This document shows, piece after piece, positions 29,303 through 44,359 of a stretch of DNA of 64,000 bases (the first letter of the stretch is position 1; every line of letters starts with the position of its first letter). The stretch lies in the NCBI RefSeq assembly GCF_009914755.1, contig NC_060936.1; one strand, given 5' to 3'. The notes under the pieces were generated by a model. The model searched no databases and was not told the DNA's origin. It worked only from the letters and a program-made list of their open reading frames with translations. The position numbers and the translations under genes were made by a program. This DNA is from the human T2T-CHM13v2.0 reference genome, Homo sapiens.

Positions 29303-30060
29303 GTAGAGCATACTTTGGTGATTCCTGGTGTAGTGTTTCAGGTTAACATCGCGTGTAAATAGCACAATTGTATGCATAATAAAGGAATCTTTCCTGGTGA
29401 CCCCAAATCTTGCCCTCACAGTTTTTCTCCTTTGTTTAGCTCCACTTAGACCTACACCTAAACCCTAAAAGTAGCTTCTTTGCTCAGCATGTGTCTCACT
29501 ACTAACTTTATCACTTTCTGAAGCAGTATGTTCCCTGTATGTTTTAATATTAGCTTCTTCTGAATTCTTCTCTACGTGGTTTTTATACTTCTGTCCAAAC
29601 AACTTTTTTCTGAGTTTTGGTGCCCTTAAAGCCTAGGCAGCTTATGTAAGGGCTTAAGTGCATAAGGTCCTTTTTTACTGTACCTTTGTAACATGAGGCA
29701 AAAGAAGTATAGCTAAGACAGGAGTTTCTTTTGATTCTCTAATAACAGAAGAGACTCTTATATAACACTTCTCTCCATAACTTGTACAAGCAGTAGTGTG
29801 TTAGGATTGGGCATTTTTATATCAAAAATATTAACTAAGGAACACATGAATTTATATAGATTGTTTTTGTTGAACACTTTCAACACTTTTCAACACAAAG
29901 CAACTGTTTTTGTGTGAACATTTTCCTTATCATTCCATTTTAAGGATATGGATGCATTTTCAGTGACTAGCATGTGATAAATGCCCAATAAATGTTTGTT
30001 AGTCAATGAATGGCATATAGATATTTCTCAGGCAAATGATTTTTTAAAAATCAGTATTTG

Positions 30061-30176
30061 GGCTGGGCACAGTGGCTCACACCTGTAACCCTAGCACTTT
30101 GGGAGGCCCAGGCGGGCGGATCACCTGAGGTCATAAGTTCGAGACCAGCCTGGCCAACATGGCGAAACCCTGTCTA
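30061..30176 (+). mobile_element. Alu left arm only
   Basis: Ends abruptly at aaaccctgtcta. Confidence 0.85.
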
Positions 30177-30867
30177 CGTATATAAAGAAGAGGTCACACA
30201 ATGTCAGGAAACTGGCTCTGATTCCTGATTCTGGTCCTTTTTCTAGCCAATATTTTAAAAAATCAAAAACTGTACATAACAGTATTAATTTAGGGTTTGT
30301 CTTGAAACTATGGATGCAACACTTAAGCAATGACTGATTAGAGCTGAGTAGCAGCCATCCACTTTACAAGGTGCAAGCACGCACCTCTCACACCATGTTT
30401 GCATCTGTACTTTCACTGTTTCACTCATTTTTGCTACCTGTCCAGGTTGTGTAAGTATTTGAGTCCTGACAACTGATTTAAAGTATCTATACAAGAATCC
30501 TTTTTAAAACAAAGAAATGTTCAAATGCTTTGAACGCAGACATTTTATAAGCTCTCATTTGAATTTCTTCTCTATCAGGTACCATCCTTTCTGTGACTAA
30601 GTTTTCTATCTATGCTTTTGAGCTAATCCCTCTGGCACTTAGTGGTAATAAAAGCCTCCCCACTTTTTTTTTTTTTTTTTTTTTTTGAGACAGGGTCACC
30701 CAGAATGGAGTGCAGTGGTGCCATCACATCTCCCTGCAGCCTTGACCTCCCAGGCTCAGGTGATCATCTCACCTCAACCTCCAGACTAGCTGGGACTACA
30801 GGCACACACCACCATGCCCAGCTACGTTTATTGTTTTTTGTCTTTTATAAAGATGAAGTTTCACCAT

Positions 30868-31243
30868 TGGGATGGTTAACACTGAGTGTCAACTTGATTG
30901 GATTGAAGGATGCAAAGTACTGATCCTGGGTGTTTCTGTGAGGGTGTTGCCAAAGGAGATTAACATTTCAGTCAGTGGACTGGGAAAGGCAGACCCACCC
31001 TTAATCTGGTGGGCATAATCTAATCATCCACCATCGAATATAAGGCAGGCAGGAAAACGTGAAAGGGGAGACTGGCCTAGCCTCCCAACCTACGTCTTTC
31101 TCCAGTGCTGGATGCTTCCTGCCCTCAAACATTGGACTCCCAAGTTCTTCAGTTTTGAGACTCAGGCTGGCTATCCTTGCTCCTCAGCCTGCAGACAGCC
31201 TGTTGTGGGACCTTGTGATCATGTAAGTTAATACTTAATAAAC

Positions 31244-31293
<50 letters not shown>

Positions 31294-31367
31294 ATCTATC
31301 TATCTATCTAATCTATCTAATCTATCTATATCCTATTAGTTCTGTCCCTCTAGAGAACCCTAATACA
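30868..31367 (+). mobile_element. Solo MLT2A1 (HERV-L LTR)
   Basis: gatggttaacactgagtgtcaacttgattggattgaaggatgc...ctagagaaccctaataca; 5-bp TSD accat / gccat. Confidence 0.88.
31244..31328. repeat. Compound tetranucleotide STR (TCTA)12 TCA (TCTA)4 A (TCTA)2 A (TCTA)2
   Basis: Counted directly. Confidence 0.95.
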
Positions 31368-31511
31368 GCCATGTTGCCCAGGCTGGTCTTGAATCCCTAG
31401 GCTCAAGCGATCAAGCGATCCTTCCACCTCGACCTCCCAAAGAGCTGGGATTACAGGCATGAACCAAAGTGCCCAGCCCAGTAAAAGCCTTTACTTCAAT
31501 ATCAATTTGTC

Positions 31512-31808
31512 AGCCAGGTACAGTAGCTCATGCCTGTAATCCCAGCACTTCAGGAGGCTGAGGTGGGCAGATCACCAGAGGTCAGGAGTTTGAGACCAGC
31601 CTGGCCAAAATGTTGAAACCTCGTCTCTACTAAAAATACAAAAATTAGCCGGGCATGGTGGCTAATCCCTGCTGTAATCCCAGCTACTCGGGAGGCTGAA
31701 GTAGGAGAATCACTTGGACCCGGGAGCGGAGGTTGCAGCAGGCAGAAATCACACCACTGCACTCCAGCCTGGGTGGCAAAGCGAGACTCCATCTCAAAAA
31801 AAAAAAAA
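31512..31808 (+). mobile_element. AluS
   Basis: Full dimer; TSD aatttgtc. Confidence 0.95.
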
Positions 31809-33247
31809 TTTGTCCTGTTAGTCCTTCCATTGCCCATAATGCTCAAGTTTCCCTTACTCTCAATAAGGCCCTTTTCTGTTCTAGTTGCCTCAAAGCTACC
31901 CTCCAATGATCCTTTACCTGCCCTGGAAGATTTCTTAAGAGTGTTCAAGCATTCATTTCCTCTATCTTTGCCCCTGCCTTCACGCCTACATATTATATCA
32001 GTTTTATACCTAGTTTTATAATCTAATGCACAGAAGTGATCATGTCGACTTAATATCAAAAACTTCAGCTGTGCTTATTAAAGATTTAAGTCCAAATCTT
32101 GCCTTGGCATTGGAGGGTAACAATTATTTTGCTTATACTTGCCTTTCTCAGTTATTGCTTGCTTTCTCTGACCCTTTGTGTCAGCCAAATTGAGTTATTT
32201 GCTATTCTGCATATACACCAGTGCCTTCATAGATCCTATTCTTATGACTTCATATTTCCATGCCTTTGCCTGCATTCTTCCTTCTAGAAAATATTTCTCT
32301 TGCAAAACCAAACCCAACCCACCCAGTGAAGTCCAAGTCATATATTACCTTCTTCACGAAGGCTTCCTTGATTTCCCCTAACTAGAAGTATTCTCTTGAT
32401 TCTTGAACTTCCAAAGTTCATATATCACTTAATACTATTTAAGTTTTTAAAATTTGTTTATATAAATTTGTTAAAATTGCATATGTTCCTATCTTCCCTA
32501 TAAGATTATATTTTTAACAATAATGGATTACAACATATTCATTTTATACTTTCCCCAATACTTTTATAGTTTCTTGCCCTGAATGAGTGGAGCCCATCAG
32601 TTTTAAAGTACAAATCTTCCTTCAAGGACTACATGCTGAAGAATTTAAAGATTTTCCTTCTTTTTTCTTTTTTTTCTTTTTTCTTATGACCAGGGTAAGA
32701 GAAAAAAAGAATTTCTTAAAAGTATAGATGTTAGAAACAAGCCTCTGCTTTTACAGGTGATCATAAAAACTGATTACCCAGGGGCCACATATATGTTTGG
32801 AACCATGTTTTACTCAGTCCTCACAAAGTCTGGCAAAGTCATTCTGCTAACGTTTGAATTTACTGACATATAAGCAGTTCAGTTACTACTGTGTACTTAA
32901 CCACTTCAAAAATGCCCTTTTATCTGCCAGGTCCTAGTAGGCATCTGAGTTTGTGCCAGTAACTTTGGTTAATAAACTTATAAAATATTAGGTGATTTGT
33001 AATTATTTATTGAGTAATTGTATGTGTGTGTATCTTTACACACACACACACACACATAGACACATATACATAAGTGTGTGTTTTTATAATACCTTTGGGT
33101 GCTTTATTCATGTTTTCTTAGATTTAAATCCCAATTTATAATTAAAATAAATGCAGTGCCTTCCTCAACCCTCATTATCTGGAAATGTGGATTCCTTCCC
33201 AATACAATTTTCACTTAAATGAATCTTGCATTTTTTAACATGTAAGC

Positions 33248-33417
33248 TGGGGGTCAGCAAACTATAGCACACAATGTAAGAATGGTTTTTATGTTTTTAA
33301 AGGGCTATAAAGAAGAAGGAAAATAGAAGGGAGAGGGGAGAGAAGAAAAGGAGAATATGTAACAGAGACAATATGTAGTCCACAAAGCCTGAAATATTTA
33401 CTATCTGGGCCTTTATA
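33248..33417. mobile_element. MER58-type fragment
   Basis: ggggtcagcaaactatag...caaagcctgaaatatttactatctgg. Confidence 0.65.
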
Positions 33418-35088
33418 GTGAAGATATTTGTGTCCCATGTGAATGCTCACCAACAGGTGATCTTAGCAGAGAGGTATTTTAATGATCAAGGAAATAGGAG
33501 AGCCCATTCTGTGATACTAGTCAGCCTCTTTCTCCAGCCACTGCTGTCATTCCACAGTGGGCTCATGAACAAAGTAGCCATGGTGACAGGGATGGAGGTT
33601 ATGCATGGCTCAGCAACATGGACTTCCACTCACCAAAGCTGACCTGGCTAGAGCCACCGCTGAGTGCCCAACTGACCAGCGGTAGAGATCAACACCAAGT
33701 CCTCAATACAGCATCACTGTGGAGGGTCATTAGCTAGTTGCCCAGTGGCAGGTAGATTACGTTGAGCTGCTTCCATCACGAAGGGGCAGCATTTTGTTCC
33801 TACTTGAATAAATTTCTCTTCCCTCCATGCAATGCTTCTGCCTGAACTAACATCCATAGACTTAGAGTGCCTCATCTACCATAATAGTAATACATACAGC
33901 ATTGCTTTGGAAGAAGAAACTCATTTCACAGCAAATGTAGTACAGCAATGAATCCATGCTCAGGGAATCCACTGGCCTTACCATGTTCCCCAACATCATG
34001 AAGTAACTGGTTTGACAGAACAGTGGGGTGGCATTTTGAAAACTCAATTGTAGCATCAGCTATGGAGCAATTCATACATGGATCGCCAGAAGGCTGTATA
34101 TGCTCTGGGTCAATATGCAACATACAGTGCATTTTCTCCTATAGCCAAGGTGCATGGCTCTGAGAATGAGAGGGAGGAATGGAAGTGACATCATCCACTA
34201 TTACCCCTATTGATCCACTAATACAATTTTTGCATCCTGTCCCCATAACCCTACGCTTTGCCAGTCTGGAGGTCTTAATCCAAAGAGAGGAATGCCTTCA
34301 CCAGGAGACACAGCAATGATTCCACTGAACTCGAAGTTAAGACTGCCATTTGGCCACTTGAAGGTCCCCATGCCTCTGAATCAGCAGGCAAAGAAGGGGG
34401 TTTACTAGGCTGGCTGAGGTGAGCGATCCTAATTACCATGGAGAAACTGGACTGCTACTCTACAATAGAGGTATGGGAAAGTATGTCTGAAATACAGGAG
34501 CTATTTCAGATACGATGGGATATTTCAGATACGATGGGATAATATGATGGGATATCTTTTAGTACTGCATGTTCGGTGATTAAAGTCAACAGAAAATCAC
34601 AACAATCCAATCTAGACAGGACTAGTAATCGCCTAGACTCTTCAGGAATGAAACTTTGGGTCATCCTACCAGGTCAAAAGCCATGACCAGTTGAGGTACT
34701 TGCTGAGGGTAAATGAATACAGAAGGGATAGTGGAAGAAGGTAGTTATAAATACCTGCTACAATTACGTGATCAGTTACAGAGACAAAAATTGTAATTTC
34801 TGGGATTATTACTTCCTTATTGTTTTATGAATACAGTTGTGTATCAAATATCTTTGTTTTCTTTCCTCTCTTATTGCTTTATCATATAAGATATAATGAC
34901 TTTATTTCATAGCATTTAAGTATTGTTAACTCTACATTACAGTATTTCAGTTACAGAATAACAAGAAAAATGAACATCACCCAAGGACTTTACATTCTCT
35001 TTGGGGAAAAAGTACATTTTACGCAAGACAGTTGTACCGTTGGGTGGAAGCATGACTTTGTTATTGTCTTTGTTTGGAGATTAACTAT

Positions 35089-35785
<697 letters not shown>

Positions 35786-35841
35786 TATAACAAGTATGTT
35801 TTTAAAGAGATATGGTGGGTGCCAATGTAACAAGGCATAGA

Positions 35842-36241
35842 CTATAATGGTTCATTTTATGTGTCAATTTGGCTAAGCTATGAGACTCAGTTGTTTGGTT
35901 AAACATCAGTATAGATGTTGCTGTGAAGACTTTTTTTTTTAGATGTGTTTAACATTTAGATCAGTAGACTTTGAGTAAAGCAGGTTACCCTCAATATGTG
36001 GGTGGATCTCATCCAACCACTTAAAGGCCAAAAAAAAAAAAAAAACCTGAGGTCCTAAAAAGAAATTCTGCCTCCAGACTGCCTTCAGACTCAAGACTGC
36101 AACATCAGCAATTTGGTGGGTTTCCAGCCTGTTGACCTACCCTGCAAATTTCATACTTGCTAGTCCCCATTTTGTGTGTGTATGTGTGTGTGTCCCCACA
36201 TACTGTTGGTACTGTTTTTCTAGAGTACCCTGACTAATCCA
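35842..36241 (+). mobile_element. MLT2 (C/D-type) LTR, the 3' LTR of the ERVL remnant
   Basis: atggttcattttatgtgtcaatttggct...cagtagactttgagtaaagcag...ccctgactaatcca. Confidence 0.78.
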
Positions 36242-36473
36242 ATATATATGTATATATTCATATCTTATCAATATAGGTATAAATAAATTTATTTTATCAT
36301 TCATTCTGTGCTCTCCTCTGTATCATAGAAGCTAAAAGCACGGAAACTACATTTTGCAAATGTCTTTGCCTTGGGGATTATAGATGTGACTTACATTCAG
36401 CCAATGCAATGCATTTCCACAGTATTTGGAAGGTGGAAGAGAGACATAAACCAGACCACTCTTCTTCTGATGG

Positions 36474-37165
36474 TGAAACTGGCTGTGCAAAAATTTTAAC
36501 AGTGAGAAAATTATGACAATGAAAGGGATTCGACCTAACCAACTCCATCTTGCCTTTAGCCTCCAAACTGCCCTTGGTCATTCCTGGGCATGGGCCAAGA
36601 TAACTTTGGGAGAAATTTATAGTTTAAATTATGATAGCCCTTTCCAAAAGTAAACTGCCTTTGTAAAACTAATGAAAAGTCACAAGGTTAGGAGTATAAG
36701 TGGCTGAATTCTTATATGATGCCAGCTACTGTTCCAGAGGTCACAAGATTTGCAACTTCCTCAATTACTCCTGAAATAACATTATTATTATAGAACCTAA
36801 GATTGGCTTTTTGAGATGTCTTTTCAGGCTTCTGCATTTCTGGTGACTGGATGGCCTCACCTGGATCTCCTTCGTGGCTCTCACCCAGGCGTGGACTCAG
36901 CACATGAGGACTATTTTCCCACACCCCATGACTGCATTCCCCAACCAATCACAGCATTCCCCATTCCCTAGCATCCTGCCCACCAAACTATTCTTGAAAA
37001 ACCCTAGCCTCCAATAGAGGAGGCTGATCTGAGTACTAATACAACTCCAGTCTCTCATTTAACCAGCTCTATGTATATTAAATTCTTTCTCTTTTGCAAT
37101 TTCCCTGTGTTGATAAATTGGGTTCATCTGGGCAGCTGGCAAGAAGAACCCATTGGGCAATTACA
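36474..37165 (+). mobile_element. Solo LTR8 (A/B type, ERV1)
   Basis: tgaaac...acagtgagaaaattatgaca...actccatcttgc...cccattgggcaattaca; 4-bp TSD atgg on both sides. Confidence 0.82.
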
Positions 37166-37439
37166 ATGGCAATAAGCTTTGACAGACATGAGGCTTTACA
37201 GTGATCACCAAGTACGCCGCTGCCAGCTACCCATATTAGTACCAACAGGCAGGTACAATGATCAGCAGCAATGACTAACCTGAAAGCTAGGAATAGCTAT
37301 CCATATCCATGCCTCCAGTTTTACCAATAAATTTATCACCATCTAATTCCCCTTGTTAATTTTCTTTTTGCTTGAAGTACCTGTAGTAATTTATTTTCCT
37401 CGACGAACCTGACCTGATAATTTTTTAAAATTAAACAAT

Positions 37440-38430
37440 TAAAATATATTGTGTATTATAATAGATACTAGAATAAAAAATAGGAAGGAAGGAGTTGTCT
37501 GATATGTCACAAAAAAAGGTAAAATTTTAGATAGGATTGCCTGGAAAGGCCTTTAGGCTTCATTGAAATGACTCTGAGTCAAGACCTCAGTAACATGAGG
37601 GGGTGAGCAATTCAAATGACTAGAAGACCCTTCCAAGCAGAAAAGGAATAAGCAAGCACAGAGACTCTGAAGCAGGAGCATGTGGCACATCTAAAGAATA
37701 GCAAAGAGACTACTGTGGCAAGTGGAATAGGGAACAGTAGTGAGCAAAGAGAACAGAAATGTAACTAAGCTGCAAATCACGGAGACCTCAAAGAACAGAA
37801 GGACTTTAATTTTTTTACTCTGAATGAGATGGGAAGCTACTGCTGAAAGGAAAGCTGAGAAATGATAAGTTTTTACTTAAGTAGGATCATTTGGGCTACT
37901 AATTGAGAAGAGATTACAAAGTAGAATGCTATCACTATAATGCAGGCAACAGACAATGATGGCTTGCACAGGAACCGTAGTAGGAGATGTGATGAATAAT
38001 GCCAAATTCTTTCTATACTTTGAATATGCAGCCAAAAGAATTTATTGATGAATCAGATATAAGGTGTAAATTTTTTAAAAAAGAGAGGCAGGAACTTAAG
38101 CAGAGTTTGTGCCCAAAGCAATTGAGAAAATGAAGGGGCCATTAGCAGGTATGCAATATATTGTGGGAAGACTTGGGGAAGAAAGGGATGGATATCAGGA
38201 GCTCCTTTTGGACTTGTTCACTTTGGGATACCAGTTAAGACATCTGAATACAGATATCAAGGAGGCAGCTGAACATGCAGATGTGAGGCTGACGGGGAAG
38301 AGGTCAGGCCAAAAAATGTAAACTAGGAGTTAGCATACGGATGGAATTTAAAACCATAACATTGAATGAGATAATTTTGGAAATCTCTGTAGACAGAAAA
38401 GAACCCAAGATCAGAGCGCTGAGGTGCTCC
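37440..38430 (-). mobile_element. L2 fragment
   Basis: ttttactctgaatgagatgggaagctactg...gaatttaaaaccat...gaatgagat. Confidence 0.6.
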
Positions 38431-39480
38431 AGTATTAAAGAATCAATATTTATAAAATGAATGAATTAATGAATCCTGATTTTTTGTTTTCAACTTTCAG
38501 AATTACTCTATATATCTATGTAAAAAGAGATTTACTCTATATGAAAAACAAGACATACACAAAATAAAAATTATAAAATCACTAACTAAAAAAGGAAGCA
38601 AGATGACAAAAGGTAAAATTAATGATAAATGCCCTAAATTCCACACCTTTGATAACAGTTAAGAAACACTGCTAATAACAAAAAATCCTGGAAGGGGAAA
38701 GTGGCTGGGGGCTTAAAGTATAAGTACACCAATCTCTTCATCCTTTAGAGGTCAAAGTCAAAAACATTTAAATGATAATAAATCTGAGAATAGGGAAGCA
38801 TTTTTTAAAAGCTAAAACAGTAATTAAAAGCAAACTTAATGGCAGTAGGCTGTAAGGAACAGGCTTCGAGAGAAGAAAGGTAGTCTTCTCTGCTGTTTTA
38901 AGTATTTTAAACAGTGTATATTGCTTCTGTTAATTTTTTAAAAGTTAAGTAACTTTTTTGTAAAAGAGTATGGCATTTGACAACCATATTGACTCATTTC
39001 TCAAAACTGCCAAACTAAAGCCAGGCCTGCATCCTAATTTAAATATAATTACTAGTTGAATTCAAAGTATAAAGAAGACAATGTTCTCTCTATTGTTCCT
39101 TTTGTTATCAGTACTCCAGAAGCTGGGGAACTGGTAGCTCATTGTCTATACTTACCCTAACAAAGTTCCTAGAGAAAGTAATTTTTATAAAACTTATTCT
39201 CTATTTGGGATTTACAAATAGTTATTTCAGTCACAGGGAAAAGGAAGGAGCACCTACTAGGCAAGGTTAATGGCTTTAATACATATCTAATCATAATAAC
39301 CTTAAAATAATGATTGAATATTGAACATTCAATTATTCAGTAATGAATAATGGCTTTCTCTTATGGCAACAAGTTTTATATGATAAATATGTGACTTCCT
39401 ATCTCCCAGGATGTCCCAGGAGCTTTTCTGTTTTATTACACTCATATGTAACAAAAAAAGGATTCTCAGAAGCAAAAATG

Positions 39481-40193
<713 letters not shown>

Positions 40194-40394
40194 CTAAAAA
40201 AAGAAGTCAGATTGTAAATAAGAACAAACTGGTTTAGCTAGTCTGAACTAATGTACACTATAGTAGTCATCAGCCATACCATATAAGGATGTTACAGTCA
40301 AGAACAGACTGCATGTATGGCAGTGGTCTCATTAAGATTTACTATGAAGCTGAAAATTTCCCATTGCCTAGTGACATCACAGCCATGGTGACAT

Positions 40395-41031
40395 TGTCAG
40401 TTGCGTTTGAACCAGAGGGACTCCATCTTGAATAGGGACTGGGTAAAATAAGGCTGAGGCCTACTGGGCTGCATTCCCAGGAGGTGAGGCGTTCTAAGTC
40501 ACAGAATGAGATAGGAGGTCTGCACAAGATACAGGTGATAAAGACCTTGCAGATAAAACAGGTTGTGATAAAAGAAGCTGGCCAAATCCCATCAAAACCG
40601 AGATGGCAATGAAAATAACCTCTGGTCATCCTCACTGTTTATTATATGCTAATTATAGTATAATGTATTAGCATACTAAAGATACTCTCACCAGCGCCTG
40701 ACAGTTTACAAATGCCACGGCAACATCAGCAAGTTACCCTATATGGTCCAAAAAGGGAGGAACTCTCAGTTCTGGGAATTACCCACCCCTTTCCCAGAAA
40801 ACTCATTAATAATCCACCCCCTATTTAGCATATAATCAAGAAGTAACAATAAGTATAAGTAGATGAGCAGCCCATGCTGCTGCTCTGCCTATGGAGTAGA
40901 CATTCTTTATTCCTTTACTTTCTTAATAAACTTGCTTTCACTTTACTCTATGAATTCACCTCAAATTCTTTCTTGTGTGAGATCCAAGAACCCTCTCTTG
41001 GGGTCTGGATCAGGACCCCTTTCCAAAAACA
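40395..41031 (+). mobile_element. Solo MER41B LTR
   Basis: tgtcag...gcgtttgaaccagag...actccatcttgaatagg...ccaagaaccctctcttggggtctggatc...aaca. Confidence 0.88.
40770..40799. promoter_or_regulatory. Tandem GAS (STAT) motifs in MER41B
   Basis: TTCTGGGAA (40770-40778) and TTCCCAGAA (40791-40799) both fit TTCnnnGAA. Confidence 0.6.
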
Positions 41032-42540
41032 AGGTCAATAGTGCAAAGCAGTACCTTTTCTATGCTTAGTCATGTTTAGACACAGAAATACCATTGTATT
41101 ACAATTACCTACAACATTCTGTATAGTAAAACATGTTGTACAGATTTGTAGCCTAGGACCAATGGGCTATAGCATATAGCCTAGGTGTGTAGTAGGCTAC
41201 ACCACCTAGGTTTGTGTATTAATAAGTACACTCTCTGATACTCACATGACAAAATTGCCTAACGATACATTTCTCAAAATGTATGCCTGTTGTTAAGTGA
41301 CCCATCACTGTATCTACAGTAGATTAAATCCTGAAAGAAAATCTAATATAATGAGAGATTATATACATGTGACAATTTCCAAATATCAAGCTAGTACCAA
41401 CATCCTATTCATACGTACTTTGAAAGAAAAAAATCTAAGTGAATTGCTTGATTAAAGCAGTCTATTCCAAATGGCTTTCGTCAAAATTATTTCAAAATGG
41501 TATAGTACATATGCTTCCTAGAGTATACTAATATTTTGGCACCTATGAATTATGTTAATATTTCTTCCATTCTAATACTACCACTATAATAGTAAGAAAA
41601 GCAGAAAAATGATGATGATAATAATGGAAGACTGGAAGGCAAACAAAAAGTTGGACACTGATGGACAAGAAGGAAGTGGATTAGAGGTGTGCCGTGCAAG
41701 CTATCCCACTGTGTACAACTTTAGGAAGATGGATGAGGAAGACATGCAACAGGGGAGCAGAAGAAACAAACTGAACTAATAATATCAACTATCAGAGAGA
41801 AGGGGAAAAAGCACAGTAAGTTACCTAAAAATATAAGGGAAAAGGAGAGCAAAAAATCTAGACAACTCCCTTGATCTTGACTACTTTGGAGCACAAAGGT
41901 AGGTAGATATTCCCAAAAACACTGCCTCTTCCCAAAAAACTTCGTAAAAAGCCACTTTTCTCATAGACATTAAATACATACTACTGTGCTTACAGGTGTC
42001 TATTTCAAATTCATCATAATTTAGTTTCCATTTATTTAATGACTGCCTAACAGCACATTAAAGCCCAATAAATCACTTAAATTCTGAACTAGAAGGGTGT
42101 CCAAATACTTTTCATATCTCCAGATCTAGCAAATCTTATGAAAAACTTAAAACAGAGGTATTGTTTTAGACAGATATATATGTATATACCAATCATCCAA
42201 CCCAGTGACAAGTTACTAATAAAATGCACAAAGAAAAATGTACTAAAGGTTTTCTTGATCTATTGTTTTATAAATACCTACTACTTATGTAGAGTCCAGG
42301 CAAAACTATATCATCAGCATTTTGCCCCGAGGAAACCAGAATACTAACATAAGTTCAATAAAAAACAAGAAATCATTACTATCAAAATTCTCAAGGTACA
42401 AAAGAAATTTCATTTCCCATTATCTCTGAACCAACCATTCATAAAATTTACAGTTTATAGACCTTAATACCTATTACTGCTTCACTGTCGGTTATATGTC
42501 TTTTGCAGGGCTCAAAACACATTCATCAAATATTATTTAT

Positions 42541-42841
<301 letters not shown>

Positions 42842-43909
42842 TATATTTACCTCTTGCCATATAAGAAGCACTGTTCTAGATTCCGGACATACAGAAAACA
42901 AACATCATTGCTGTCATCCAGGAACTTAGTGTATAGCCAAGAGAAAATGAAGTAAACTGATTAGTATAATATACAATGTAATGTCCCTTAAACAAAGGTA
43001 TGTACATGATGTTACCTAAACCAGTACATAGGGATATTAAATCCAGACTTCTGAGGGTGGTAGAGTGAGAGTCAAAACATTTAGGCAGATTAGGCATTTA
43101 GGTTGATTCCGTGTCTTCGCCATTATGAACAGCACTGCAAAGAACTTTCACATGCATGTGTCTTTATGGTACAGTGATTTATATTCCTCTGGGTATATAC
43201 CCAGTAACGGGACTGCTGGGTCAAATAGTAGTTCTGCTTTTAGCTCTCTGAGGACTCACCATACTGCTTTCCACATGGCTGAGCTAATTTACATTCCCAC
43301 CAACAGTGTATAAGTGTTCCCTTTTCTCTGCAACCTCAGCACCTGTTATTTTTTGACTTTTTAATAACAGCCATTCTGACTGGTGTGAGATGATTTTGAT
43401 TTGCATTTCTCTAATGATCAGTGATACTGAGCTTTTTTTCATATGCTTGTGGGCCACAGGTATGTCTTCTTTCGAAAAGTGTCTGTTCATGTCTTTTGCT
43501 CACTTTTTAATAGGGTTGTTTTTCTCTTGTAAATTTATTTAAGTTCCTTATAGATGCTGGATATTAGACCTCTGTGAGGTACATAGTTAGCAAATATTTT
43601 CTCCCATTCTACAGGTTGTCTGTTTACTCTGCTGACAGTTTCTTTTGCTGTGCAGAAGCTCTTAAGCTTAATTAGATCCCACTTGTCAATTTTTGCTTTT
43701 GCTGCGATTGCTTCTGATGTCTTTGTCATAAAATCTTTGCCCGTTCCTATGTCCTGGATGGTATTACCTAGGTCGTCTGCCAGGGTTTATAGTTTTCGGT
43801 TTTACATTTAAGTCTTTAATTCACCTTGAGTTCATTTTTATATATGGTGTAAGGGGTCCAGCTCCAATCTTCTGCATATGGCTAGCCAGTTATCCCAGCA
43901 TCATTTAAC

Positions 43910-44359
43910 TTGTTAAATTTATTTTTATTTTGGGTTTGCTGGTACATGTGAAGGTTTGTTACATAGATAAACACATGTCATGGGGGTTCGTTGAACATAT
44001 TATTACATCACCCAGGTATTAAGCTCAGTACCCAATAGTTATCTTTTCTGCTCCTCTACCTCATATAACCCTCCCCGCTCAAGTAGACCCCAGTGTCTGT
44101 TGTTTCCTTCTTTATGTTCACAAGTTCTTATCCTTTAACTCCCACTTATAAGAGAGAACATGCAGTATCTGTTTTTCTGTTCCTGAGTTAGTTTGCTAAA
44201 GAAGAGAGCCTCCAGCTCCACCCATGTTCTCACAAAAGACATGATCTAGTTCTTTTTTATGGCTGTATAATATTCCATGGTGTATATGTACATTTTCTTT
44301 TTTCAGTCTGTCACTGATGGGCATTTAGGTTGATTCCATATCTTTGTTACTGTGAACAG
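43910..44359 (-). mobile_element. L1PA (PA11-13-like) 3' end nested in the larger L1
   Basis: ggtacatgtgaaggtttgttacatag...ctcccacttataag; imperfect flanking repeat cccagcatcattta / cccagcacaattta. Confidence 0.8.

Larger units (their letters stand above)
30664..31478 (-). mobile_element. AluJ interrupted by MLT2A1
   Basis: Alu text breaks at tttcaccat (30867) and resumes at gccatgttgcccagg (31368). Confidence 0.88.
40264..41310. mobile_element. Tigger3-family element split by MER41B
   Basis: gaagctgaaaatttcccattgcctagtgac...; resumes with gcctaggtgtgtagtaggctac...tgttaagtgacccatcactgta. Confidence 0.78.

Noticed and set aside
33418-34500. Retroviral pol-like ORF pieces
   Set aside because: Frameshifted ERVL remnant with no long open frame.
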